Origin: Candidatus Latescibacterota bacterium
GTDB taxonomy: Bacteria > Latescibacterota > UBA2968 > UBA8231
Direction of reading: 5' to 3'
DNA: 64,000 bases
NCBI GenBank assembly: GCA_965248355.1
Contig: OZ252098.1
Location: 2,912,001 to 2,976,000 of the forward strand
Position 1 is the stretch's first letter. Each line of letters starts with the position of its first letter. Made by a program: the position numbers and the translations under genes. The notes beneath the pieces are model-generated. The model searched no databases, was not told where the DNA came from, and saw nothing but the letters and a program-made list of their open reading frames with translations. Of this stretch, positions 55,874 to 64,000 are shown piece by piece.

Positions 55874-55987
55874 CCCTCGACCAGCGGCTGCCAGTCACCG
55901 ACCCGTTGCGCGCCCAACTCGTCCGCCAGGGCCGCGCCGGTCCCCAGGTTGCGCGCCGCCACTGCCGGGACGCTGCAGCCGTCGAGG
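55874..55987 (-). pseudogene. Second Gfo/Idh/MocA remnant (diverged copy of ~54140-54250)
   Basis: LDGCSVPAVAARNLGTGAALADELGAQRVGDWQPLVEG. Confidence 0.7.
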
Positions 55988-56126
55988 GCGCCGCACCGAC
56001 GGATTGGCTGTACCTGAGAAGCTCCGACACTCGCATCACCCCCTTTCGTCAGGCCCTGATGCCACAGGACCTCGCGTGGAGTTCCTCGGTGAGTCGCAGG
56101 CCCGGGTGCCCTCACTTGTTCGAGAG

Positions 56127-56702
56127 CTACCAGGTGAAGTAGACGGTGGCCTGCGGAGCCCTTTGCAGGCCGAGGTACATACTCCGAAACACGGAGTCGA
56201 TCTGGAGGCCGCGATGATCCGGGCTTTCGTTGTGGCGGTAGCTCAGATGCAGGCCCTTGCGAATCCACACCCCGACCCGCTCGAACGGCTGCCAGGCTAC
56301 GCCGATCCCGGCGGTGGTCTCCAAGACCCAGGAGCGGTCGGTCATGTCCCCGTTCAGGATGCCAACGGAGAACGACGGTCTTCCACGGAGGAAGTAGAAG
56401 GGCTTCACCGCGTGCCCGGTTTCCCGGAACCGCATCCGAGTCACGCCGACTGCGACCCGGTAGTAGCGGCTCTCGCGGTCGGAGACCCCGAGAAACTCCC
56501 CGGTCCTGGCATCGAAGCTCGGCGCGTCGTCGTTGTCGAGACCGCTCACGTAGGCGGTGAGCTCGAGGCCCCAGGCGGTGCGCTCGTCCAGGCGCCAGAC
56601 GCTGAGGTCCTCCAGGGGCAGCCGCACGCCCACGGCGGCATCGGCCGAGGCGGCCCCGGCCGTCAGGGCCAGGGCCGCCAGGACCGTTGCGAGGCGGTTC
56701 AT
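56127..56702 (-). CDS. Small outer-membrane beta-barrel-like protein
   Basis: Signal peptide ASA|D, alternating amphipathic strands, C-terminal VYFTW. Confidence 0.65.
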   Translation of the reverse strand: MNRLATVLAALALTAGAASADAAVGVRLPLEDLSVWRLDERTAWGLELTAYVSGLDNDDAPSFDARTGEFLGVSDRESRYYRVAVGVTRMRFRETGHAVKPFYFLRGRPSFSVGILNGDMTDRSWVLETTAGIGVAWQPFERVGVWIRKGLHLSYRHNESPDHRGLQIDSVFRSMYLGLQRAPQATVYFTW

Positions 56703-57104
56703 GGAGCCAGGACGACCATGCCGCAATAGCACGGACGTCGGGGGTGTCCATGTAGACGTCGTAGTAGACCCACCACAATCCCTCGTGCTTCTTGATGTCC
56801 CAAGCCCCTTCCGCTTTCGCCTTCTCCTGCTCCGCGATGCATTCGTCGTCGTCGTCCCTGCACTCAAACACCTTGTCCTCGACCTCTTGCGGGGTCATGT
56901 CGCAGGCGCAGTGGTAGTAGTTGCAGTCCCAGTCGTACCGCGGATCGGTGTACTTCACGTAGGACCGTGTGGTCCAGGTGTAGCGGGGTTATCCACAGCA
57001 CGTAGGGGAAGGCTGTGGATGCGGCTGAAGATAGCCCTCTCATCTCGGGCCACACAAGGCCGTTGATGTGGCTGGCAGGGGATGATGGCGTGCACGCTTG
57101 AACC

Positions 57105-57459
57105 TCAGAAGACGAAGACCGCCAGAACCTCTGTCCGGCCCCATGCGAGGCTCTGTTGCGTTCTGTCCAGGCGCATCGTGTAAGGACCTGGAGGAATCGC
57201 AACCGCTTTAGCCTGGCACGGATCTGATGTCCTTATCCGTCCGAACGTGGACACCGTCCATACCTTCCACGCAGAGGAGCTCGTCTCCTTCATCATTGGT
57301 CCATCGGGCGTCGACGTTGAGCCCCGCGGCCCAGAACTCTCCGACCTTCCACAAGCTGAGGCCGTCCTTCGGCAGATGGAGTCCGACCGCCAGGCCCTCC
57401 CCGTGAGCGGCCCCGGCCACCAAGGCCAGCACAGCAACGACGATGAGAAGCTGCTTCAT
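57105..57459 (-). pseudogene. Disrupted paralog of the 56127 beta-barrel gene
   Basis: AVGLHLPKDGLSLW ~ AVGVRLPLEDLSVW; early stop, with C-terminal LAVFVF in another frame. Confidence 0.55.
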
Positions 57460-57649
57460 GCTCCAGCCTTCCTTTCTCTTCTAAGGGCGTACATGGCAAA
57501 GGCCCCCGGCAACGCTGCGAGTACCGGGGGCCTTGCACTACCGGACGATCTTCAGCTTGCGCGGAATCGTCCGGGGTTACTCGCGGCCAACGCCGCGCGG
57601 CCGAGGACCTCGACGAGGCGGGCGGAGCGCTTCTTGTCCGTGTGCCCGC

Positions 57650-57929
57650 GCGCTTGCCCTTGATGTCCCACAGCCTGGTCGACCCCGGAGATGGCGTTGT
57701 TCAGCACCGGCCCGTTGCGCCAGTAGCCGTTGATGCAGGAGAGCTGGTAGATCTCCTCGATGCGGTCCACGTCGCGCCCGATGAGCAGGGGCTTGAGGTG
57801 CCGCTCCACGGCGGCGACCACGGCGCGGAACCGCTGCGTGAAGGTGGCGCACCCGACGCCGTGGAGCCCGGGCTCGGAGGTGATGATCTTGACGATGACC
57901 TGCACGTCGCGGATGGTGACGGTGCTCAT
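57650..57929 (-). pseudogene. Truncated duplicate of the dehydratase 5' end
   Basis: Near-identical to ~55207-55521 with a 33-nt deletion (ATQPAGAKLVI lost) and a later frameshift. Confidence 0.9.
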
Positions 57930-57994
57930 GGACTATTCCTTCCCGTAGAAGCTGGATTCATCACAAGGGGCCGATCGGCTCGAATAGGCTGAGG

Positions 57995-59245
57995 CTAGGT
58001 CAGCTCGCGCAGACGTTTGTCCAGATCCGGGGGCGGAGTGAAGTGAAACATCTTCCCGGAGCGCGATCTTACGAGCAGGTCCCTCGCCTCCAGATCGAGA
58101 AGGTCGGTGCGCGCCGTCTGATAGGTCACTCCGTGACTCGTCCGGTGACCGGCGATCGAGTATCGAGTCCCGGGATGCCGGAGGGAATGGCTGAGAAGGG
58201 CCATCTGGCGGTGGTTGAGCGAGACGGACGCCCGCAGAAGCTGCTCTGTGGCGCGGACTTCCGTGAGCTTTCTCTTGAGGTAACGATGCAACTCGCCGAT
58301 CGCCTTGCGAAAGACGTCCAGTTGCGCGTCGATGAAGTAGGTCAGGTCGTTCTCGTCGGTTTCCGTGTACAGAAAAGACCGCGCGTACTTCGCCGGCGCC
58401 TTGCGCAGAATACCTGAGATCGACACGAACTCGGCCAGCCAGTAGCCCTGGGAGAGCATGGACCAGTAGAACAAGGCCCGCGCCGTGCGGCCGTTGCCGT
58501 CGATGAAGGGGTGGTCGTAGGCCAGCCAGAAGTGGAGAAGGATGGCCTTGACGACGGGATGCAGGAAGGCTTCGGACGGGTCGCGATTGGCGAAGTCGCA
58601 CATGGCCTGCAGGCGTTCGGGGATCTGCTCCGCCTCAGGCGGTCGATGGAGCAGCGTGTTGTCCTCCTCGTCGTAGACGGCAATGCCGTCGCCCGGCTGG
58701 CGCAGGTAGGGCGCCCGGGCCTCGGAGGCAAGCGTCTCTCGTGTGATCCTTTCGTGGATCCGGTAGACGACCTGCGGCGAGAGCGGCTCGTCCTTGAACT
58801 GCCCGATGAGGTGCATGGCGCTGTAGTTGTTCAGGATCATCCGCTCGCTGCGGTCCACCGGCCGGCGTCCGGAGCGGATCATCTCCTTCGCCTGTTCGCG
58901 GGTGGCCACGGCCCCCTCCAGCTGGCTGGACGTGACGGCCTCCTCGATCAGGGAGCTCTGGACGTAGCGATCCTTGGTCTGGGGGTTCGCGATCGCCTCC
59001 GGAAGCTCGATCCGACCGCTTGCATCTCGGTCGATTTCGTGCAGCCTCTTCAAGATCGAGTCAGGTGTCGAAAAGCTGAACGGCTCTCCGGCCCGGTCCT
59101 GAAGAGGGATCTCCCGCCCGGTCTGCGAGCGAGCGAACTTGAGCCCTGCCCACCACTCTTCCAGCGTCAGGCCGTCCGGACGAGGGAGATGGCGCAGATT
59201 GTCCCAGTGCCTGTAGCGCCCCCCGGCGGTAGGCCCCACGCCCAT
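57995..59245 (-). CDS. Fic family protein with C-terminal wHTH
   Basis: Canonical HPFIDGNGRTAR; inhibitory-type SSQLEG; TYQTARTDLLDL. Confidence 0.9.
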   Translation of the reverse strand: MGVGPTAGGRYRHWDNLRHLPRPDGLTLEEWWAGLKFARSQTGREIPLQDRAGEPFSFSTPDSILKRLHEIDRDASGRIELPEAIANPQTKDRYVQSSLIEEAVTSSQLEGAVATREQAKEMIRSGRRPVDRSERMILNNYSAMHLIGQFKDEPLSPQVVYRIHERITRETLASEARAPYLRQPGDGIAVYDEEDNTLLHRPPEAEQIPERLQAMCDFANRDPSEAFLHPVVKAILLHFWLAYDHPFIDGNGRTARALFYWSMLSQGYWLAEFVSISGILRKAPAKYARSFLYTETDENDLTYFIDAQLDVFRKAIGELHRYLKRKLTEVRATEQLLRASVSLNHRQMALLSHSLRHPGTRYSIAGHRTSHGVTYQTARTDLLDLEARDLLVRSRSGKMFHFTPPPDLDKRLRELT

Positions 59246-59308
59246 TGCCGGCAGCCCGGCCTTGGCCGACGCGACGATGACCTCGGGCCCGGAAACGGTG
59301 CGCTTCCG

Positions 59309-59710
59309 TCATGGCCTCGGGCCGGCCTTGCGGCCCCGGCCCAGGATCTGGTCGATGATCGACCTCTGCGCGACCCTCTCCACCACCTCTCGAGTGCCCC
59401 GCATCTCCTCGGCGATTCGGGCCTGTTCCGCCTCTATCCTCGCCAAGGTCTCCGTGGCCTGAGCCGGGTCGGAGCGGTTGAGCAGCTCGAGAGCTTCGCG
59501 AAAGGCTGCAAGGGCGCCGTTCAGCGATTTGACCGCGGCCCTCGTCGAAGCCGCGAGTTGCGAGATGTTGGCATTCGCCTCCTCGAGCCCTCGTCCGGCG
59601 CCGGCGAGGGACTGCTGGAGCGAGTCCAGTTGTTCGAGGCGCTGGACCACTTCCATGGCCCTGCGCTCGGTCTCGTTGAGCCGTTCCTCCAGCCCTTCCA
59701 TCACGTCCAT
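59309..59710 (-). CDS. Coiled-coil hypothetical protein
   Basis: Heptad-rich 133 aa, GGAGGA RBS, immediately after the helicase stop. Confidence 0.65.
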   Translation of the reverse strand: MDVMEGLEERLNETERRAMEVVQRLEQLDSLQQSLAGAGRGLEEANANISQLAASTRAAVKSLNGALAAFREALELLNRSDPAQATETLARIEAEQARIAEEMRGTREVVERVAQRSIIDQILGRGRKAGPRP

Positions 59711-59711
59711 C

Positions 59712-62700
59712 TCATCCTCCCAGAGCTTCCGTTACACCGGCCGCCTCGTAGTCCCCGGCCACTCGGCCGCCCGCTTGCGCCAGCTGGGCGACGACCTTGC
59801 GGATCCTGCGCGCCGCCGTCACGACGCGCACCCGTGGGTCCTCCAGTTGGACCGCTCCATTGAAGACCCTGCTCTCGATGAAGGCGAACTCCGGCTGCGA
59901 GTCAGCGAGGTCCAGCAGGGCCACCACAAGAGGCGGCCCGAGGTCGAAGGCGCGAGTCGAGGCGAGCTCGAACATCTCGTCGATGATCGCCTCCATCTCC
60001 GTCCGCGAGATCTCGTACTCCTCGATCCCGGTGCGGATGGCCCTTCCGAGTTCCGTCGAACTGACCATCTCATCGTGATCCGAGCACATCGATTCGGCGA
60101 GAGCTCGCGCCAGGAGCAGACCCGGGTGGTCCGGGTAGGACTCGAGGGCCCGGATGCACAGACCCCGCAGCTCTCCCGCATCCATCGCCGTCTGCACCTT
60201 GGTGACCAGCTCCCACCATTCGGACAGCTCGACCTTCTCCCGCGCCAGCAGTTCCTCGATCCGCTCGGCGCCCAGACCTTCCTGGAGATAGTCGAGGAGA
60301 CGTTTGCGGACCTCCGTGTCATCGCCCGCCTGGCGAGCGAGCCGGACGGCCTCCCGGATCGATCGCCGCCGTGAGCCCTCTATCTCGTCATAGGTGAACT
60401 CGATCAGCATCCTGATCAGGGCGAGGGCGCCTTCACGGGGCTCGTCCGCGTCGATCTCGTTGGCCCGCCGGACGAAGGGCTGGCTCTTGCCTGGCGTCGC
60501 CGCGCGCACGTAGTCGGTCAGCCGCTCCCGGCATCGGTCCAGGTCGAAGGGGTTGACGTGAAGGACGAAGCTCCGGCGCCCGAAGTCGACTTCATAGTCG
60601 CGGATCACTCCAAGCTTGAAGAGCCGGTAGATGGCCTTCTCCTGGCGCTTGCGGTCGCCGGCCTCCCACGGAAGCTCCACCCGCCGGCTGATCGACAGGT
60701 CTCCGATCCCGTCGATCAGGCTCCTGGCGTCGTCGATCTCCGGACCCGCCCCGCCGAAGGCCTGCAGATGGAACCAGAGCGCCCGGGTCACGTCGTCCCC
60801 GGTCTGGCGGTCCCGCTCGATCGCCTCGAACCGCTGGTGAAGGGCGGCGAGATCGAGATCGAGCAACTCGTCGGAGCGGCTCTCGTCGTACTCGGAGAAC
60901 ACCACGATGGACCGGGCGGGTTTCCGGTCCCGGCCGGCGCGCCCGGCTTCCTGGTAGAAGCCTTCCAGGGACCGCGGCATCCCGAAGTGCACGGTGTAGC
61001 GGATGTTCGGTTTGTCGATGCCCATTCCGAAGGCGCTGGTGGCGACGAGGACAGGAACGCGGTTGCCCTTGAAGGAGGCTGCGTTCTCGCGTTTCTGCTT
61101 TTCCCACTGCCCGCGCTCGACGGACCTCGGAGGGCTGCCGGAGTACGTGGTGACCTCCGAACCCGTCGTCTTTCGCACGATGCTCTGCGCATCCAGGACG
61201 CCGTAGATGCGGCCGTTGGCCCACGGCACGAAGACGATCCCGGACGCCGTCTCGCCGCCGGAGGGCCGGTAGAACTCCCCCCGAGGCAGTCCGAACCGGC
61301 CCGGCAGGGCGTTCATGACGCCGCGCAGGGCCGCCTCGGGGTCTTCGCCGGGCGAGGTGCGCACGATCTCGAAGCGGATCTCGGGCCGGTCGAACGACGC
61401 GGGGCGGATCAAGGCCTCCGGGCGGCTCCTGTCGATGCCGAGATCGATCAGCATGTCCCGGAGGACGGCGCGCGAGGCGGTGCCCGTGAGAGCGAGCAGC
61501 GGCGGCGGGCGGTTCTCGCGGTCCGCGCCGAGCCGCCGGAGGTTGTTCGCCAGGTTCAGGTAGGCGGGCCGGAAGTCGTGCCCCCACTCCGAGACGCAGT
61601 GGGCCTCGTCGATGACGGCGAGGTTGACGAAGGAGGACTCCACGAGGGCGCGCAGGGTGGCGCGGAACGGCGGCGACTGGAGCCGCTCGGGGGAGTGGAG
61701 CACGAACAGGTACTCGCCCCGTTCGACCCGCCCCAGCAGGCGTCCGCGTTCACCGGGCTCCATGTCTCCCGTGACCGGAAGGGCGCGGTCGATCCCGTAG
61801 GCGCCCAGGCCTTCCACCTGGTCTTCGATGAGAGCGTTGATCGGATCCACGACCAGCGTCACGCCCGGCATGAGGAGACCCGCGAGCTGGTAGATGATGC
61901 TCTTGCCGGCCCCCGTCTGAAGCAGCACCACGCAGTCGTCCTGGCGCAGCACGTTGAAGACGGCCTCGCCCTGCATCGGGCGGAACTCGCGCTTGCGAAA
62001 GATGTTCCGAAGGAACAGGCCGAGGGGGGACCGGGCCTCGTCGTAGGTCGAGGCGGCGATCGCCCGCCGACGAAGGTCGAAGGACGGCTCCGTGGCGATC
62101 AGGGCCGGGACGCAGACGCAGCGGATGACGAAGTCCCCCGCCCCGGGAGGGACGCGGTGGAAGGGGCTCGCCATGGGCTCGACGGCTATGCGAAGCTGTG
62201 GCCCCGGCGATCCGGAAGCGGCGGCCTCCACCCACTCGCCGGCGCCGTTGCGCCTCCAGCTGACGACGTACCCGTCCTCGCCGCGAACGGTGCATCGCCC
62301 GGGGACCGAGCAGCCGCCATACAGGACATCGATGCCTGCCAGTAGTTGAAGGACGTCGAGCACGCCGGCAGCCACCGCGGGTCCGGCGCCCCTGATCTCC
62401 ATCTCCCAGTCCTCCCCCGGGGTCAGCCACCCATACTCGACGGCCCGGGCGACGGCGAACTGCACCTTCGCGGCCAGGGAGCAATCGACGACGAGGGAAG
62501 TTGCGGCCCGGTCCTCACCGGCGGACGAGTCAAATGCCGTGAGTGCCTCTTCGCATCGACGGCAGATCTGATCGAGCACCGGTCCCCGGCCCTGCAGCAC
62601 CTCCGCGTTGCTGACTCGGAGAACGTCGATCCCCACGGCGCGCAGCGATTCGTCACGTTCCTCGTCGATATCCCTTGCCCCATCGTGTTCCGGACCGTCG

Positions 62701-63578
62701 ATCTCGATCGCGAGGGGACGACCGCCGGGGTGATAGAAGAGGAAATCGATGCGCCGGCCGCCCCCACCCTCTCCGCCCCCGCGGGACTCGACCAGCCTGT
62801 CGAGCGGCGCCTGCGGCGTGAACCAGTGGCCGGCCGCCGGCCCCAGGGCCTCGGGGACCCACTTCTCGAGGAACCACGCCTCGGCCTCGCTCTGCAGCAG
62901 CGCCTCGCCGGAACCGGCGTCGAAGTCGAAGCCGGGGTCCAGAACGAAGGGATCTCTCTCAACGGCCCGGGACAGGATGGCTTCGGCGCTCGCGCGAGGG
63001 GCCTGGCCGGGCGGCGGTTGCCAGCCCACCTCCGAGCCATCGGCGCCGGACTCGCTCGCCGAACCCAGGAAGCCGTGGACGCGCAGCGCTTCCTCCTCGA
63101 CGTTCAGCGTCGGGTAGGGTATCCGGCCGCGGCGCAGCACCTTCAGCAGCAGGGCGACGGCGAAGCGGGCGTGTTCCCCGGGCTCCCGGCGCTCGCGGCT
63201 TCTGCTCGAGAGCAGCACGCACTGGCTGAGGGCCTGCCTCAGACGGGCGTCACGGACCAGACGGTCCCGGAGGACTCGGGGCACCGCTCCCACCGACACG
63301 TACTCGGCGATGAAACCGGGGCGCCGCGCGCCCTCGATCCACTCGACCGGCAGCGGCGCCGGCCTGCGGGAGGGCCGGGCCGACCGGCGATCACCGTCCC
63401 GGTCTCCGAGATCCCGGGTGCCCCGGCAGTCCGGATACCGCGTGCAGCCCCAGAACCGCCCTCCGGCCTTGGGGCCGGCCCTCGCCGTGCGCAGCTTCAT
63501 CGCGGCGGCGCACGTAGGGCACGAGGGCGGTGTCGACGGGGCGGTCGATCCCTCCCGCTCCGTGTCTACCCCTCCCAC
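59712..63578 (-). CDS. RecQ-like DEAH helicase with N-terminal topoisomerase zinc ribbon and DUF559/Vsr-like nuclease domain
   Basis: CPTC...FWGCTRYPDC; RIDF..IEIDGPEH..DEERD; QTGAGKS, DEAH, ATSAFGMGIDK, QEAGRAGRD; start uncertain. Confidence 0.85.
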   Translation of the reverse strand: MGGVDTEREGSTAPSTPPSCPTCAAAMKLRTARAGPKAGGRFWGCTRYPDCRGTRDLGDRDGDRRSARPSRRPAPLPVEWIEGARRPGFIAEYVSVGAVPRVLRDRLVRDARLRQALSQCVLLSSRSRERREPGEHARFAVALLLKVLRRGRIPYPTLNVEEEALRVHGFLGSASESGADGSEVGWQPPPGQAPRASAEAILSRAVERDPFVLDPGFDFDAGSGEALLQSEAEAWFLEKWVPEALGPAAGHWFTPQAPLDRLVESRGGGEGGGGRRIDFLFYHPGGRPLAIEIDGPEHDGARDIDEERDESLRAVGIDVLRVSNAEVLQGRGPVLDQICRRCEEALTAFDSSAGEDRAATSLVVDCSLAAKVQFAVARAVEYGWLTPGEDWEMEIRGAGPAVAAGVLDVLQLLAGIDVLYGGCSVPGRCTVRGEDGYVVSWRRNGAGEWVEAAASGSPGPQLRIAVEPMASPFHRVPPGAGDFVIRCVCVPALIATEPSFDLRRRAIAASTYDEARSPLGLFLRNIFRKREFRPMQGEAVFNVLRQDDCVVLLQTGAGKSIIYQLAGLLMPGVTLVVDPINALIEDQVEGLGAYGIDRALPVTGDMEPGERGRLLGRVERGEYLFVLHSPERLQSPPFRATLRALVESSFVNLAVIDEAHCVSEWGHDFRPAYLNLANNLRRLGADRENRPPPLLALTGTASRAVLRDMLIDLGIDRSRPEALIRPASFDRPEIRFEIVRTSPGEDPEAALRGVMNALPGRFGLPRGEFYRPSGGETASGIVFVPWANGRIYGVLDAQSIVRKTTGSEVTTYSGSPPRSVERGQWEKQKRENAASFKGNRVPVLVATSAFGMGIDKPNIRYTVHFGMPRSLEGFYQEAGRAGRDRKPARSIVVFSEYDESRSDELLDLDLAALHQRFEAIERDRQTGDDVTRALWFHLQAFGGAGPEIDDARSLIDGIGDLSISRRVELPWEAGDRKRQEKAIYRLFKLGVIRDYEVDFGRRSFVLHVNPFDLDRCRERLTDYVRAATPGKSQPFVRRANEIDADEPREGALALIRMLIEFTYDEIEGSRRRSIREAVRLARQAGDDTEVRKRLLDYLQEGLGAERIEELLAREKVELSEWWELVTKVQTAMDAGELRGLCIRALESYPDHPGLLLARALAESMCSDHDEMVSSTELGRAIRTGIEEYEISRTEMEAIIDEMFELASTRAFDLGPPLVVALLDLADSQPEFAFIESRVFNGAVQLEDPRVRVVTAARRIRKVVAQLAQAGGRVAGDYEAAGVTEALGG

Positions 63579-63997
63579 AGCGACAGCAGCTCCTCCGACG
63601 TCGTCACGTCCAGCCCGATGTCCCGGAACTGGCGCAGGGCCGCCTCGTGGCCGGCCGGCCGGGGGGAGCGGGTGCAGTCGCCGACGACGGCGACGTAGTA
63701 GTCCAGGCACCAGTCGGTGGAGCAGCCCACCAGGACCACGCTCTCGCGCCGCAGGGTGCGCAGCATGAGGTCGAAGTCGGTGCCCTCGAAGGCGCAGCCC
63801 CGGTGCTTGGACAGGATGTGGTCGCCTTCCCGCGGCTGCAGGCCCGGGTGGACCCGCACCTTGTCGAAGATGACCCGGTCCGGGCCCTCGTCCCACCGGG
63901 GGACGTTCTCGATGTCGATCACCGCGAGCGCCGCCCGGCGCGGATCCACCACCTCCGCCAGGCTCTCGCAGACCTGCTTGCCGTCGATCGTCAGCAT
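63566..63997 (-). pseudogene. Isochorismatase/cysteine hydrolase with internal deletions
   Basis: VIDIEN, KHRGCAFEGT, GCSTDWC retained, but the helix after the Cys and other segments are missing (143 aa). Confidence 0.65.
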
Positions 63998-64000
63998 GGA

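Overview
High-GC bacterial window. The FlgD/T9SS-like C-terminal domain and the 'AVEPSSWGRIK' tails suggest a Latescibacterota/Poribacteria-like lineage (inference). Catabolic and housekeeping genes (aldo-keto reductase, SelA-like PLP enzyme, SSS transporter, PA0069 radical SAM, ackA, enolase-superfamily dehydratase) are mixed with accessory DNA. Two candidate undescribed peptide systems stand out. (1) A ~19 kb co-directional RiPP-like cluster (20.6-39.5 kb) has three tandem precursor genes with a conserved 22-aa leader ending VxAY and hydrophobic 4-Cys cores ending GYI. All three carry one arm of a 21-bp bulged inverted repeat upstream, and two also carry the complementary arm downstream. The cluster also encodes two GT4 glycosyltransferases behind twin sigma54-like promoters, a BtrH-like papain-fold protein, an S8 protease-DUF1611 fusion, an acyl carrier protein, Yip1 and three ABC export modules, but no radical SAM maturase. 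(2) A three-gene unit (16.0-18.1 kb) encodes a TlpA-like oxidoreductase, an A24 prepilin peptidase and a 101-aa peptide with an Flp-pilin-like leader and an 8-Cys defensin-like core. Also present: four paralogous secreted CBM9-like proteins with a shared C-terminal tail, several low-GC putative toxin/defence modules, an IS3 element, a multiheme-TPR/CRTAC1 pair, a RecQ-DUF559 fusion, and many partial duplications and pseudogenes with short microhomology-flanked deletions. All family calls come from reading motifs by eye, not from database searches.
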